A stretch of DNA of 64,000 nt. Origin: an uncultured Acidobacteriota bacterium. GTDB taxonomy: Bacteria > Acidobacteriota > JAQAZP01. Shown here one piece after another: positions 34,118 through 44,162 of this stretch (position 1 is the stretch's first letter; every line of letters begins with the position of its first letter). The stretch covers positions 3,232,001-3,296,000 of the forward strand of contig CAWIIB010000009.1 of the NCBI GenBank assembly GCA_963836075.1, written 5' to 3'. Under the pieces are notes generated by a model. It saw nothing but the letters and a program-made list of their open reading frames with translations, did not search any database and was not told the origin of the DNA. A program made the translations under genes and the position numbers.

Positions 34118-35167
34118 ATGCAATGGGACAACACACCGGGAGGCGCCGGGCCGGGCAGGGAATTCACCCCTGACGACCTGCTGCAGTACATGCGTAAATT
34201 CAAACCCTCGTCGGGAAAGGCCGCACCGGTGATCTTCACCGTGCTGGGCATCTTCCTGGTGCTCTGGCTGGCCACCGGGATCTACATCGTCGGCGCGGAC
34301 GAGGAGGGCGTGGTGCGGCGTTTCGGCAAGGTGGTGCGCACCACCGGCCCCGGCCCCCACTACCACCTGCCCGCACCGATGGAGAGTGTGCTCAAGCCGA
34401 AGGTGACCAAGGTCTTTCGTACCGAGATCGGTTTCCGCACCATCAGCCAGGGGCCGCCGGCAAAGTACGAATCGATCGTCAAGGAGGCCCGGATGCTCAC
34501 CGGTGACGAAAACATCATCGTCATCTGGTTCGCCGTGCAGTTCAAGATCAACGATTCGATGAAATATCTGTTCAACGTGCGCGACGTGGAGAAAACACTT
34601 CGTGCATCGGCCGAGGCGGCGATGCGCGAGGTGATCGGCAGCAACGACATCGATACCGCTCTGACCACCGGCAAGGCCGAGGTGGAGAACGAGTCCCAGA
34701 TACTGCTGCAGGAGATCATGGACAGCTACAATTCGGGGATCGTCATCGAGCAGGTCAAGCTGCAGACTGTTGAGGCCCCCTCGCAGGTCATCCCGGCATT
34801 CAAGGACGTGGCCAGTGCCCGGGAGGACCGGGTGAAGCTGATCAACCAGTCCGAGGGCTACCGCAACGACATCCTGCCCAAGGCCCAGGGCGAGGCGGCA
34901 CAGATGGTGGCCCAGTCCGAGGCTTACGCCGCGGCCCGGGTGAGCCGGGCCCAGGGCGACGCCCAGCGGTTCAACCAGGTGGTGACGGAGTATCTGAAGG
35001 CCCGGGACGTGACCCGCGACCGGCTCTATATCGAGGCGATGGAAGAGGTGGTTGGCAAGGCCGACCGGATCATTCTCGATTCCAAGGCCGCCGGCGGCCT
35101 GCTGCCCTTCCTCCCCCTGGGACGGCAGGGAACAGCAACTCCGCCGGCCACGACTTCCGGGCAGTGA
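34118..35167 (+). CDS. hflK: FtsH modulator HflK
   Basis: SPFH domain, MLTGDENI, AFKDVASARED, ILPKAQGEA. Confidence 0.93.
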   Translation: MQWDNTPGGAGPGREFTPDDLLQYMRKFKPSSGKAAPVIFTVLGIFLVLWLATGIYIVGADEEGVVRRFGKVVRTTGPGPHYHLPAPMESVLKPKVTKVFRTEIGFRTISQGPPAKYESIVKEARMLTGDENIIVIWFAVQFKINDSMKYLFNVRDVEKTLRASAEAAMREVIGSNDIDTALTTGKAEVENESQILLQEIMDSYNSGIVIEQVKLQTVEAPSQVIPAFKDVASAREDRVKLINQSEGYRNDILPKAQGEAAQMVAQSEAYAAARVSRAQGDAQRFNQVVTEYLKARDVTRDRLYIEAMEEVVGKADRIILDSKAAGGLLPFLPLGRQGTATPPATTSGQ

Positions 35168-35227
35168 TCAGTTTTTCGCGGCCCGCGCCCATCCTGCGGC
35201 GGGGCCTTCGCCATGGAGCGTAAGAAA

Positions 35228-36089
35228 ATGAACAAGATCCTGTTGACTCATACTGATCCTCCTCGCCGCGGCGCTCATCGTCATCGGCGGGACCGTTTTC
35301 ACGGTGGACCAGACCCAGAGCGCGGTGGTGCTGCAGTTGGGAAAACCGGTGATGGTCCACGACACCCCCGGCCTGAAATTCAAGATCCCCTTTGCCCAGC
35401 AGGTGACCTTCTTCGACAACCGGCTGCTCGACTACGACGCCGCCCCGGAGGAGATCGTCACCAAGGACAAGAAGACCCTGGTGGTGGACAACTTCGCCAA
35501 GTGGCGTATTGTGGACCCTTTGAAGTTCTACCAGGCCCTGCGCAGCGAACGCCAGGCCCAGAGCCGTCTCGACGACATCATCTTCGCCGAGGTGCGCGTC
35601 TCCCTGGGAACGCACACCCTGGAAGAGATCGTCAACGAGCTGCGCTCGGAGCTGATGCAGAACATCACCGCCCGCTGCAACGAGGCGGCCAAGGCCGACT
35701 ACGGTATCGAGATTCGTGACGTGCGGATCAAGCGGGCCGACCTGCCGCCGGAGAACGAGCGGGCGGTCTATGCCCGGATGACCGCCGAACGTGAGCGGGA
35801 GGCCAAGCGCTACCGCTCGGAGGGCGAAGAGGAAGCGCAGAAGATCCGCGCCACCGCGGAAAAGGAGCGCACGATCATCCTCGCCGAGGCGTACCGCCAG
35901 TCCGAGGAACTGCGGGGTGACGGCGACGCCCAGGCGACCGCCATCTACGCCGCGGCCTACGGCCGGGACGAGGAGTTCTACCGCTTCACCCGCAGCCTGG
36001 AGGCCTACAAGCGGTCGATCAAGGCCGGCACCACCCTGGTGCTGACGCCTGACTCGGAGTTTTTGCGTTATCTGAGGAAAAGCCGCTAG
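35228..36089 (+). CDS. hflC: FtsH modulator HflC, indel near 35250
   Basis: PGLKFKIPF, TKDKKTLVVD, DVRIKRADLP, MTAERERE, FYRFTRSLEAY. Confidence 0.93.
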
Positions 36090-36131
36090 GCTGGACGGGA
36101 CAATCAGACGTTCGTCAGGAGGCCGGGCCTG

Positions 36132-37010
36132 TCAGGGGCCGGCCTCTTCTTTTACCAGGACGTGGTTGGCATGGGCATACCCGGCAGGGCTGCCGGCGTC
36201 GTGCAGCTCGCCGCCAATGAGCACGCCGGTCATGCCGTGGCGGCGGATGATCTCCTGCAGCACCGGCACGTCGTCCAGCTCTCCCTCGCCCTTCTGCTCA
36301 CGCCGCTGCCGGGCCAGGTAGTAGAAGAAGTGCTCGCCAAAAACATGCCGGGGGGCGCTGCGGTAAGGCGAGTGTGCGCCGGCAAGGGGAAATCTCCCCT
36401 CGCCCTTGTCCTGCAACTCCTCGATCCTGAAGCAGCGGCCCGGCCGGTCATCCCCCCCGTCAACCGGTTCACACCGCACACCGCCGCAATTGTCCAGCAG
36501 AGGCGCCTGTTCCGCCGTCACCCGGGAGAGGGCGATGGTGTCCAGACCATGGGTTGCCCGGGCTTCGATCAGCCGTGAGGTCACCGGAACCGGGTCGGTG
36601 AACAGGTTGTCCGGCAGCAGCAGGGCAAAGGAGTCGCCGTCGACGAAGTCCCGCGCCTGCCAGATGGCGTCTCCGAGGCCCAGGGGCACCTGCTGTTCGA
36701 GAAAGATGAACCGGGCCTCCTCACGCATCAGCGCCAGTTCGGCCAGGGCCTGGGACGCCCTCTGGTCGGTGGGAGAAACACGGTCCAGCGGCCGGTGCAG
36801 GAAATATTCGGCGATGGCCCTTTTACCCGGTGCGCTGATCACGCAGAGTTCACGGATTCCCGAGTTGAAGGCTTCGGCCACCGCGTAGTGGATCATCGGG
36901 ATGCCGGCCACCGGCAGCATTTCCTTGGGCACGGCCAGGGTGGCGGGAAGCATTCGTGTGCCCAGCCCTCCGGCCGGGATAACCGCCTTGTCTATCCCTG
37001 TCGGCACCAT
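36132..37010 (-). CDS. Sugar-phosphate nucleotidyltransferase (GalU-like UTP-glucose-1-phosphate uridylyltransferase)
   Basis: KAVIPAGGLGTRMLPATLAVPKEMLPV, QQVPLGLGDAI, LLPDN. Confidence 0.85.
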   Translation of the reverse strand: MVPTGIDKAVIPAGGLGTRMLPATLAVPKEMLPVAGIPMIHYAVAEAFNSGIRELCVISAPGKRAIAEYFLHRPLDRVSPTDQRASQALAELALMREEARFIFLEQQVPLGLGDAIWQARDFVDGDSFALLLPDNLFTDPVPVTSRLIEARATHGLDTIALSRVTAEQAPLLDNCGGVRCEPVDGGDDRPGRCFRIEELQDKGEGRFPLAGAHSPYRSAPRHVFGEHFFYYLARQRREQKGEGELDDVPVLQEIIRRHGMTGVLIGGELHDAGSPAGYAHANHVLVKEEAGP

Positions 37011-37085
37011 AATTCCCCCCGGTGCGGAATAACCACTGGTTTCCACTGGTCAGCAGAGCATAAAATAGGTGTCAGCGGAGGTCAA

Positions 37086-37967
37086 ATGCGCATCACGCTC
37101 GATGAACTGGACCGCCGAATCGAGACGGCGCGGAGACTGATCGATTCCTGCCGTCTCTGCCCCCGGGAGTGCGGGGCCTCGCGGACCCGGGGGGAGACCG
37201 GGCACTGCGGCGTGACCGCCGACCTGCTGGTCTCCAGCATCGGCGCCCACTTCGGCGAGGAGCCGGAGCTGGTGGGCCGCGGCGGGTCAGGAACCATCTT
37301 CCTCTCCGGCTGCAATCTCCTCTGCACCTTCTGCCAGAACTACGACACCAGCCACCACCGGCGGGGCGAGCACTACTCGGTCCCCCAGCTGGCCGCAGCC
37401 ATGCTGGCCCTCCAGCAGCAGGGCTGTCACAACGTCAACATCGTCACCCCCACCCACTACGTCACCCCGCTGCTGGAGGCGATGAAGCTGGCGGTAGAGA
37501 ACGGCTTGGCCGTCCCCCTGGTTTACAACTGCGGGGGTTACGAGTCGCTGGAGACGCTGCGGCTGCTGGACGGGGTGGTGGACATCTACATGCCGGACAT
37601 CAAGTTCGCCTCGGCCGCGGTGGGCCGCGACTACTGCGGCGTGCCCGACTACCCGGAGCGGGCCCGGGCGGCGCTGGTCGAGATGCACCGCCAAGTGGGC
37701 GTGCTGACCACCGGGGAGGGGGGAGTGGCGGTGCGCGGCGTGCTGATCCGCCACCTGGTGCTGCCCGGCGGCCTGGCCGGCAGCGAAAAAGTATTCGCCT
37801 TCATCGCCCGGGAGCTGTCACCCGACAGCTATGTCAACGTGATGGCCCAGTACAGGCCCTGCTTTGACGCGGTGAGCGACCCGCGACTGGGCCGTTCCCT
37901 CACCGCAGACGAATTCCAGGCGGCGTTGGCCGCCGCCCGCCATGCCGGCCTGCACCGCGGTTTCTGA
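37086..37967 (+). CDS. Radical SAM protein, PflX-like
   Basis: CRLCPREC, HFGEEP, CNLLCTFCQN (CxxxCxxC), VDIYMPDIK, RHLVLPG. Confidence 0.9.
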   Translation: MRITLDELDRRIETARRLIDSCRLCPRECGASRTRGETGHCGVTADLLVSSIGAHFGEEPELVGRGGSGTIFLSGCNLLCTFCQNYDTSHHRRGEHYSVPQLAAAMLALQQQGCHNVNIVTPTHYVTPLLEAMKLAVENGLAVPLVYNCGGYESLETLRLLDGVVDIYMPDIKFASAAVGRDYCGVPDYPERARAALVEMHRQVGVLTTGEGGVAVRGVLIRHLVLPGGLAGSEKVFAFIARELSPDSYVNVMAQYRPCFDAVSDPRLGRSLTADEFQAALAAARHAGLHRGF

Positions 37968-38013
37968 TGTCCCCGGCGGAGCTGGCCTCCGCCTTCATTT
38001 CCATTGGCAGGAC

Positions 38014-38502
38014 ATGAAACCTGAAAACCCTGATCACCCCCGATTCGCCGTTGACTGCATGTTGGGTAAACTGGCCCGCTGGCTGCGGGTGTTGGGCTTC
38101 GATGCCACCTACTACCACAACATCGAGGACCTTGCATTGCTTGATCAGGCGCGAGCCGAGGGCCGGCTGGTGCTGACCAGGGACCGGAGTATGGCGGCGT
38201 CGGCAGGGCAGGGGCAGATCTTGCTGGTGGTGGACGAACAGCTGGAGGGGCAACTGCGCCAGGTGATCGGCGACCTCGAGCTCCGTCTCCGCCGTGAGCA
38301 ACTGTTCAGCCGCTGTATCGAGTGCGGCGGCCCCATCGAACCTTTGCCTGCCGAGAAGGCGAGGGGACGGGTTCCCGACTATGTGCAGGCCACCCAGAGC
38401 GAATTTTCCAGCTGCCCCAACTGCAGCAAGATCTACTGGAGCTCGACCCATGTCAGCGCCATGCTGGACCGCCTGGAAGCGATGGGGATCAGGGTCAAGT
38501 AG
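38014..38502 (+). CDS. Mut7-C RNase domain (DUF82) protein
   Basis: DCMLGKLARWLRVLGFD, LTRDR, RCIECG...CPNCSKIYW. Confidence 0.9.
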   Translation: MKPENPDHPRFAVDCMLGKLARWLRVLGFDATYYHNIEDLALLDQARAEGRLVLTRDRSMAASAGQGQILLVVDEQLEGQLRQVIGDLELRLRREQLFSRCIECGGPIEPLPAEKARGRVPDYVQATQSEFSSCPNCSKIYWSSTHVSAMLDRLEAMGIRVK

Positions 38503-38807
38503 GAGATCATCCCTGTTCCGCACCGGCCCGCAATCTGTCCTCAATAGGGGATAGTACACGCCAGTTCACTGGATCCTCCCTGGACCTCCCCCCCCATTCT
38601 GTCCCAGTAACATATTGGTAATTCAACTGTTTCCATCACATGTGGATTTCATGCTCTTCACGATGGCACGGGAGTTGCTCTCTAGGGTGGTGTGCGTCGC
38701 CAGGCGATACACACCCCAACTGAAACCGGGCCCGCCAGAGCGGGCTTCACCAGCGGAAGGCCGGGGCAGGAGATGACGGCCGGACGCATAGCCAGGGAGG
38801 ACAGACC

Positions 38808-40523
38808 ATGACTTCCACAAAACCGAGACAATGGGTGGTGCGAATGCTGCTGGCCGCCGGGGTCCTTCTGGCCCTGGTGGCGGCGGCCCCCGAAGCGCAG
38901 GCCGGTTTCCAGTTGTCCATCGGCACCGGAGGGTTTTACTTCTCCGTGGGCCACAACGACTACTACCCCTATTACAGCCAGCCGGCCCACTACGGCGGGT
39001 ACGCCGCCACCTCGTTCAGTTTTTACAACACGCTGGGTGACTACGGCTACTGGCAGTATCTCCCCGAGATGGGGATGCAGGTCTGGATCCCGTATGTGGA
39101 GTATGGCTGGCGGCCTTACACCTACGGCCACTGGACCTATTCGTCCTACGGCTGGACCTGGGTGGCCTACGAACCATGGGGCTGGATCCCGCACCACTAC
39201 GGGAACTGGACCTATGTGGACCACTACGGCTGGGCCTGGGTCCCCGGGTATACCTGGAGGCCGCACTGCGTGCAGTTCGCCGTCTGCAACGGCTACATCG
39301 GCTGGGCCCCCATGGCTCCGCCCTGGTACCGCTACCACAGCAACCGCGGCTACCGCTATCACGGCGACCGGGGCTGGTACTCCGGCTGGCGCCACGGGCA
39401 CCAGCGTCACGAGTACAGCGGTATCGACTACAGCACCTATGTCTTCGTGGACAACCGGAACTTTTACGGCACCGCTATCCAGCAGCACGCCCTGCTCCCC
39501 GGGAGCGGAGCGGAGATGTTCCGGGCAGGCCAGGTGATGCCGCTGGGTGAGACCCTCGACCTGGACTATGTCCGGCGGGTCTCCAGGCAATCGATCACGC
39601 CGGTGGCCCTGGACCGCCAGGTGTACAAGGTCAATGGCAGCGAGGTGGTGCACTACCAGCCCCGCGGCCAGGAAGACCTGGTGCGCGACGCGGCCCTGCC
39701 CACGGTGAACAGGGTTCTGGCCCCCGGATTCCAGAAGCACGGCGTCAGTTTCAAGGGCTCGTCGGCCAGGAGCGCCGGTTCGGTGAACAGCATGTTCCAG
39801 CAGGGCAACGTGACGCCGAGGACCACGACCTTCAAACAGTCTGCGGTTTCCAGGGGAATGGCCAACGACGAGTATTACCAGAAGCAGAAGCGCACCCTTG
39901 ACAACCTGTCCCGTTCACGGGCGTCGAACTCCGGGGCTGCCGACACGGCTTCCCCGAAGGGCCGGCAGTCGTCAAAGAGCGTGGAACGTTCCTCGCCGGC
40001 CGGAACAACCCCGGTGGCCACCGCAGCCAATGGACGGAGCAGCGGCTACAAGCCGCGCAGTGGTGCACAAGCCGGCAGCCAGGGGTCATCGTCCCCGGGC
40101 AAGAGCCGGTCGATCAGCCGCGGCGCGTCAACTTCGGGCAGGAACCAGTCGGTGAGCAGGGGCGGGTCGTCCCCGGGCCGGAGCCGCACGGTGACTAAGG
40201 GATCGGCGTCATCCACCAGCCGCAACCGGTCGGTGAGCAAGCCCCCGGCGTCCACCAGGACCGCGCCCGTGCCGCCGCGCAAGCCGTCGAAGCCTGCCGG
40301 ATCGGCGTCATCCACCAGCCGCAACCGGTCGGTGAGCAAGCCCCCGGCGTCCACCAGGACCGCGCCCGTGCCGCCGCGCAAGCCCTCGAAACCGGCCCGT
40401 ACGTCCGGCAGTTCCCGCGCTTCCCGCAGCAAGCCGGCCGGAAAGGCTGCCGGAAAGCCCTCGGGCAAACCCTCTGCCGGGGAGAAGTCGGCGGACAAGG
40501 GCAAGTCCGGAAAGCGTAACTGA
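38808..40523 (+). CDS. Secreted DUF6600-like Trp/Tyr/Gly-rich repeat protein with a low-complexity basic tail
   Basis: Signal peptide; WRPYTYGHW, EPWGWIPHHYGNW, GWAWVPG, IGWAPMAP; Ser/Pro/Lys/Arg-rich C-terminus. Confidence 0.8.
   Translation: MTSTKPRQWVVRMLLAAGVLLALVAAAPEAQAGFQLSIGTGGFYFSVGHNDYYPYYSQPAHYGGYAATSFSFYNTLGDYGYWQYLPEMGMQVWIPYVEYGWRPYTYGHWTYSSYGWTWVAYEPWGWIPHHYGNWTYVDHYGWAWVPGYTWRPHCVQFAVCNGYIGWAPMAPPWYRYHSNRGYRYHGDRGWYSGWRHGHQRHEYSGIDYSTYVFVDNRNFYGTAIQQHALLPGSGAEMFRAGQVMPLGETLDLDYVRRVSRQSITPVALDRQVYKVNGSEVVHYQPRGQEDLVRDAALPTVNRVLAPGFQKHGVSFKGSSARSAGSVNSMFQQGNVTPRTTTFKQSAVSRGMANDEYYQKQKRTLDNLSRSRASNSGAADTASPKGRQSSKSVERSSPAGTTPVATAANGRSSGYKPRSGAQAGSQGSSSPGKSRSISRGASTSGRNQSVSRGGSSPGRSRTVTKGSASSTSRNRSVSKPPASTRTAPVPPRKPSKPAGSASSTSRNRSVSKPPASTRTAPVPPRKPSKPARTSGSSRASRSKPAGKAAGKPSGKPSAGEKSADKGKSGKRN
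40200..40397 (+). repeat. 99-bp in-frame tandem duplication
   Basis: GSASSTSRNRSVSKPPASTRTAPVPPRKPSKPA encoded twice, at 40200-40298 and 40299-40397. Confidence 0.93.
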
Positions 40524-40537
40524 ATCAGAACCCATCC

Positions 40538-40581
40538 CGCGGGGGGAAGCATATCCCCCTTTTCCCCCCCGCGCCTTTTTT
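40538..40581 (+). terminator. Probable intrinsic terminator
   Basis: CGCGGGGGGAA...TTCCCCCCCGCG stem followed by TTTTTT. Confidence 0.65.
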
Positions 40582-40611
40582 ATCCCGGCCAGCTGTGACG
40601 TCTCCGGGCGG

Positions 40612-40637
40612 GGAACTTTCCGGGTGCCGGCAACGTT
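40612..40637 (+). promoter_or_regulatory. Putative ECF sigma promoter
   Basis: GGAAC-N17-CGTT about 75 bp upstream of the DUF4097 gene. Confidence 0.5.
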
Positions 40638-40710
40638 GAATCATCAGGAAACAGTCGTGATCCATTGATTCATACCTGCCGCGAGGCGGAAAGAACAAGG
40701 AGGGTTCCGT

Positions 40711-41775
40711 ATGGAGACCCGCAGCAACGAACTTCGTTTCAGGCCGGCGGCACTATGCTCGCTGGCGTTTTCAATTCTGATGGTACTGGGCCTGGCCGCG
40801 GGGCCGCTGTTCGGTGCCGTGGGTGATATCGGCGACTCAAAGGTGATCCAGGTGTCAATGGACGGCTGGTCGCCGGGTGAACCGCTGGAAATCAACAACC
40901 TTGCCGGAAAAATGGAACTCTCCGGCGGTGGAGAGCCTTCGTTGAGGGTCACCATTCACGCTGAGGCCAGCGGCGGCCTGTCGGTGAGTGAGATCCTTGA
41001 GCTGGTGGACGTGCGGGCGAAGAAGGTTGCCAACGGTTTTGCGGTCACCACGGTGCTGCCGCTGGACCGGTTCACCACCTATGCCTATCCCGGGAACGCG
41101 GTCGGCGGGGACGGAGGGGGCGGAGGGTTCTTCGCATCGTGGTTCGACGGTTCCAGCAGCTCCAACGGAACTTTCGACGGGAAGAAGGTCAAGGTGATCA
41201 CCAAGTCCGGTTCGGGATCACTGACCGTCTGGGCTGATTACCTGCTGGTGGTGCCGTCGGGCCGCGAAGTGACCATGAACAACTTTGTCGGTGTGCTCAA
41301 GGTCCATGACGCGGACGGCACCTTCTCGCTGGACACCGCCAGCGGCGACGTGACGGCTTCTGACGTACGGGGAGCGCTGCTGGTTGATACCGGCAGCGGC
41401 GACGTCGGGGTGAGCGGATTCTCCGGGACCCGGCTGACCATCGACACCGGTTCGGGTGACATCTCGGTGGCCGAGGTCGCAGCGGACAAACTCGTTGCCG
41501 ACACCGGCAGCGGTGACGTGGATGTTGACTGCGACCTGGTCAACTGCCGCAGGATGGTGGTGGATACCGGCAGTGGCGATGTGGTGATCAGCCTGCCGGC
41601 GGCGGCGCCTTTCTCGCTGCGTGCCGACACCGGCAGTGGCGATGTGAGCGGCAACCTGGATGGCGCGCACGCGGTGATGGATGACGACGAACTGGTGGGA
41701 TTTGATCGGGGTACTGGTGGCACCACGATCCTGGTGGATACGGGCAGCGGTGATGTGACGGTCAGGAACCGTTGA
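40711..41775 (+). CDS. Exported DUF4097 family beta-strand repeat protein
   Basis: Signal peptide; seven DT(G/A)SGD(V/I) repeats. Confidence 0.88.
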   Translation: METRSNELRFRPAALCSLAFSILMVLGLAAGPLFGAVGDIGDSKVIQVSMDGWSPGEPLEINNLAGKMELSGGGEPSLRVTIHAEASGGLSVSEILELVDVRAKKVANGFAVTTVLPLDRFTTYAYPGNAVGGDGGGGGFFASWFDGSSSSNGTFDGKKVKVITKSGSGSLTVWADYLLVVPSGREVTMNNFVGVLKVHDADGTFSLDTASGDVTASDVRGALLVDTGSGDVGVSGFSGTRLTIDTGSGDISVAEVAADKLVADTGSGDVDVDCDLVNCRRMVVDTGSGDVVISLPAAAPFSLRADTGSGDVSGNLDGAHAVMDDDELVGFDRGTGGTTILVDTGSGDVTVRNR

Positions 41776-41873
41776 GGATCCGTACACCATAGTGCCGGGT
41801 CGATACCTTGTTTCAAATCGGGAGACGCCCCTGGAGGCTGGACAGCCTTCCCCTCGGCCGGTGCTGACCCCTG

Positions 41874-42692
41874 CTATTTCCCCTCGATCTCGCCGGTCAG
41901 CGGCACGAACCTTACGGCGCAGATGTTCTGCCTGGTCAGCCCCGATGCGGTTTTGGTCACCAGGGTCAGTTCCTGCACCGTGCCCGTGGGGCCAAGGGGC
42001 ATGATCAGCCGGCCGCCGGTCTTCAGCTGTTCCAGCAGCGGCGGCGGGATGCGGCCTGCCCGGGCAGTGACCATCACCGCGTCAAAAGGCGCCGCCTCAG
42101 GCCACCCCTGGTAGCCGTCTCCACAGCGGGTGTGAATGTTGCGGTAGCCCAGGGCTTCCAATGTGCTCTTCGCCCGCTGGGCCAGTTCGGGGATAATCTC
42201 CACGGTGTGGACGCTTTTGGCCAGGCCGGCCAGTACGGCGGCCTGGTAGCCCGAACCGGTACCGATCTCCAATACCCGGTGGTCGGGCGATATCCCCAGG
42301 CTCTGGGTCATCAACGCCACGATATAGGGCTGGGAGATGGTCTGGCCGCAGCCGATGGGCAGCGGTGTGTCATCGTAGGCCTGGGGGCTGTGCCGGGGCA
42401 GGAAGAGGTGCCGCGGTACGCGGCCCATGACGTCCAGCACCCTGGCGTCGGTGATGTCCCGGGCGCGGAGTTGCCGCCCCACCAGGGTTCGGCGAGCCGC
42501 GGCGGCTTGAGCCTTGGTCCAGCCCTCCTCCTGCTGCGGCTGGTGCATCCGTCCCGCAGGGTCGTCGGCGGAGGGCGGTTCGGGGCAGGCGGGCAGCATC
42601 AGTGACGCGGCCAGGGCCAGGGTTGCCGGCAGGGCGAGACGGAGGAAAAGGTTCCGCGGGTTGTGATGCCGGCGGTGGGTGATCCGTTCCAT
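41874..42692 (-). CDS. pcm: Protein-L-isoaspartate O-methyltransferase with a signal-like N-terminus
   Basis: VPRHLF, GQTISQPYIVA, LEIGTGSGYQAA, GDGYQGWPEAAPFD, VRFVPL. Confidence 0.95.
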   Translation of the reverse strand: MERITHRRHHNPRNLFLRLALPATLALAASLMLPACPEPPSADDPAGRMHQPQQEEGWTKAQAAAARRTLVGRQLRARDITDARVLDVMGRVPRHLFLPRHSPQAYDDTPLPIGCGQTISQPYIVALMTQSLGISPDHRVLEIGTGSGYQAAVLAGLAKSVHTVEIIPELAQRAKSTLEALGYRNIHTRCGDGYQGWPEAAPFDAVMVTARAGRIPPPLLEQLKTGGRLIMPLGPTGTVQELTLVTKTASGLTRQNICAVRFVPLTGEIEGK

Positions 42693-42812
42693 GGGCCGTC
42701 CTCTCCGCGATCTGAAAACGATTCCTGCCGGATTGCCCGGGGCGATCCTTCGGTTACAATATATGAATTGAATTCAACCGCTGTCAACGAGCTGTTGCTG
42801 CAAGGAGTGAAC

Positions 42813-43358
42813 ATGGAACAGAACAACCAGCAGAAGCGCCAAGAGGTAGTCGCCATGGCGGCCGCGGGCCGGAGCCTGGCCGGCGCCGACCTCAGGGGAA
42901 TCGACCTCTCCGGCGCCGACCTCTCCGGGTGTGATTTTCGCGGCGCCGATCTCACCGGAGCCAACCTCTGCGGCGCGAACCTCGCCGGAGCCGACTTCAG
43001 TGAAGCATGTCTGGAGAGGGCTGACCTTACGTCGGCCAGCTGCCGCGGGGTGATGATGCTGTTGGCCGTGCTGGGTCTGGCCGACCTCTCCGGCGCCGAT
43101 TTCTCAGAGGCCGACCTGCGCCGGGCCAACCTGGTGGGTGCCCTGGGTCGGGAAACCGACTTCACCGGCGCCAGGTTTTACTATTCGAGGCCCGGTAATG
43201 CCGATTTCGGCGGAGCCAACTTCGGCGGCGCCGACCTGACCCGGGCCGTGCTGCGGCGCGCCGTGCTGCGGGGGGCCAGGCTCGAGGGCGCCAACCTCGC
43301 GTCAGCGGTGCTGGAACACGCCGACCTCCGGGAGACGGCTCTGGAAGGGAAGGTCTGA
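42813..43358 (+). CDS. Pentapeptide repeat protein
   Basis: A(D/N)LxG repeats throughout; AAGGAG RBS. Confidence 0.92.
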   Translation: MEQNNQQKRQEVVAMAAAGRSLAGADLRGIDLSGADLSGCDFRGADLTGANLCGANLAGADFSEACLERADLTSASCRGVMMLLAVLGLADLSGADFSEADLRRANLVGALGRETDFTGARFYYSRPGNADFGGANFGGADLTRAVLRRAVLRGARLEGANLASAVLEHADLRETALEGKV

Positions 43359-43360
43359 TC

Positions 43361-43942
43361 ATGAATGTCAAACAATTCGTCATCGATGAGTACGAATCGA
43401 ACTGCTTCGTGGTCAGTTGCCCGGAGACCGGAGAGGCTCTGGTGGTTGACCCGGGCAAGGACCAGGAAGATGTCCTGCAGTGCCTTGCTGAACAGGGGCT
43501 GACGGTTCGCTACATCTTCATCACCCACGCACACTACGACCACGTGGGCGGGGTGGAAACCATCCTTCAGCGGTTCGGCGGCGAGGTCCTGTCCGGCGAC
43601 GGGGAAACTGGTGGCGCACAAGGCCGGCGGGTTGCGGACGGGGAGGAAATCACCCTCGGAAATCTGAAGGGGACCTGTCTTCACGTCCCGGGCCACACCG
43701 CGGACTCCTTTTGCCTGCAGCTGGGTCCGGCGGTGTTCACCGGGGACGCGCTTTTTGCCGGCTCCATCGGCGGCACGCCGTCGGTGGAAGAGAAAGAGCG
43801 CCTGATGCAGGGGCTCCGGGAGAAGGTCTTCTCGCTCGGCGGTGAGACGCTGCTCTACACGGGCCACGGGCCGCGGAGCAGCGTGCGGATCGAGTCCACG
43901 GCCAGTCCCTTTTTTGCCCCGGAGCTCCGGTCCGGCGTCTGA
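43361..43942 (+). CDS. MBL-fold metallo-hydrolase (glyoxalase II-like)
   Basis: THAHYDH, PGHT, FTGDALF, GHG. Confidence 0.92.
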   Translation: MNVKQFVIDEYESNCFVVSCPETGEALVVDPGKDQEDVLQCLAEQGLTVRYIFITHAHYDHVGGVETILQRFGGEVLSGDGETGGAQGRRVADGEEITLGNLKGTCLHVPGHTADSFCLQLGPAVFTGDALFAGSIGGTPSVEEKERLMQGLREKVFSLGGETLLYTGHGPRSSVRIESTASPFFAPELRSGV

Positions 43943-44010
43943 TGCGGCGAGAGGGATGTTCGGCCAGCCGGGCGGTTCCAGGGAAGAGTGCCGCACTCCG
44001 GCCCTTATGC

Positions 44011-44162
44011 TGGGTGATGAAATAAGGGGTAGCGATCGATCGTGTTGTGCATGATCAACTCCGATCGCCCCGGGGCCTGAGCCGCGGGGCTGGGGATCGT
44101 TGGAACCGAAGCACGGCACCTCATCCCTGGAACCAGTGGAACGATGATATCCGGTGCAATCC
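44011..44162 (+). ncRNA. Candidate structured non-coding element, copy 1
   Basis: Shares blocks with 44510-44667; nested stems GTGTTGTGC/GCACGGCAC, TCAAC/GTTGG and GCCCCG/CGGGGC. Confidence 0.45.

Noticed and set aside
38684-38800. Hairpins upstream of the DUF6600-like gene as a riboswitch or 6S RNA
   Set aside because: Only generic GC-rich stems, with no recognisable conserved motifs and no second copy.
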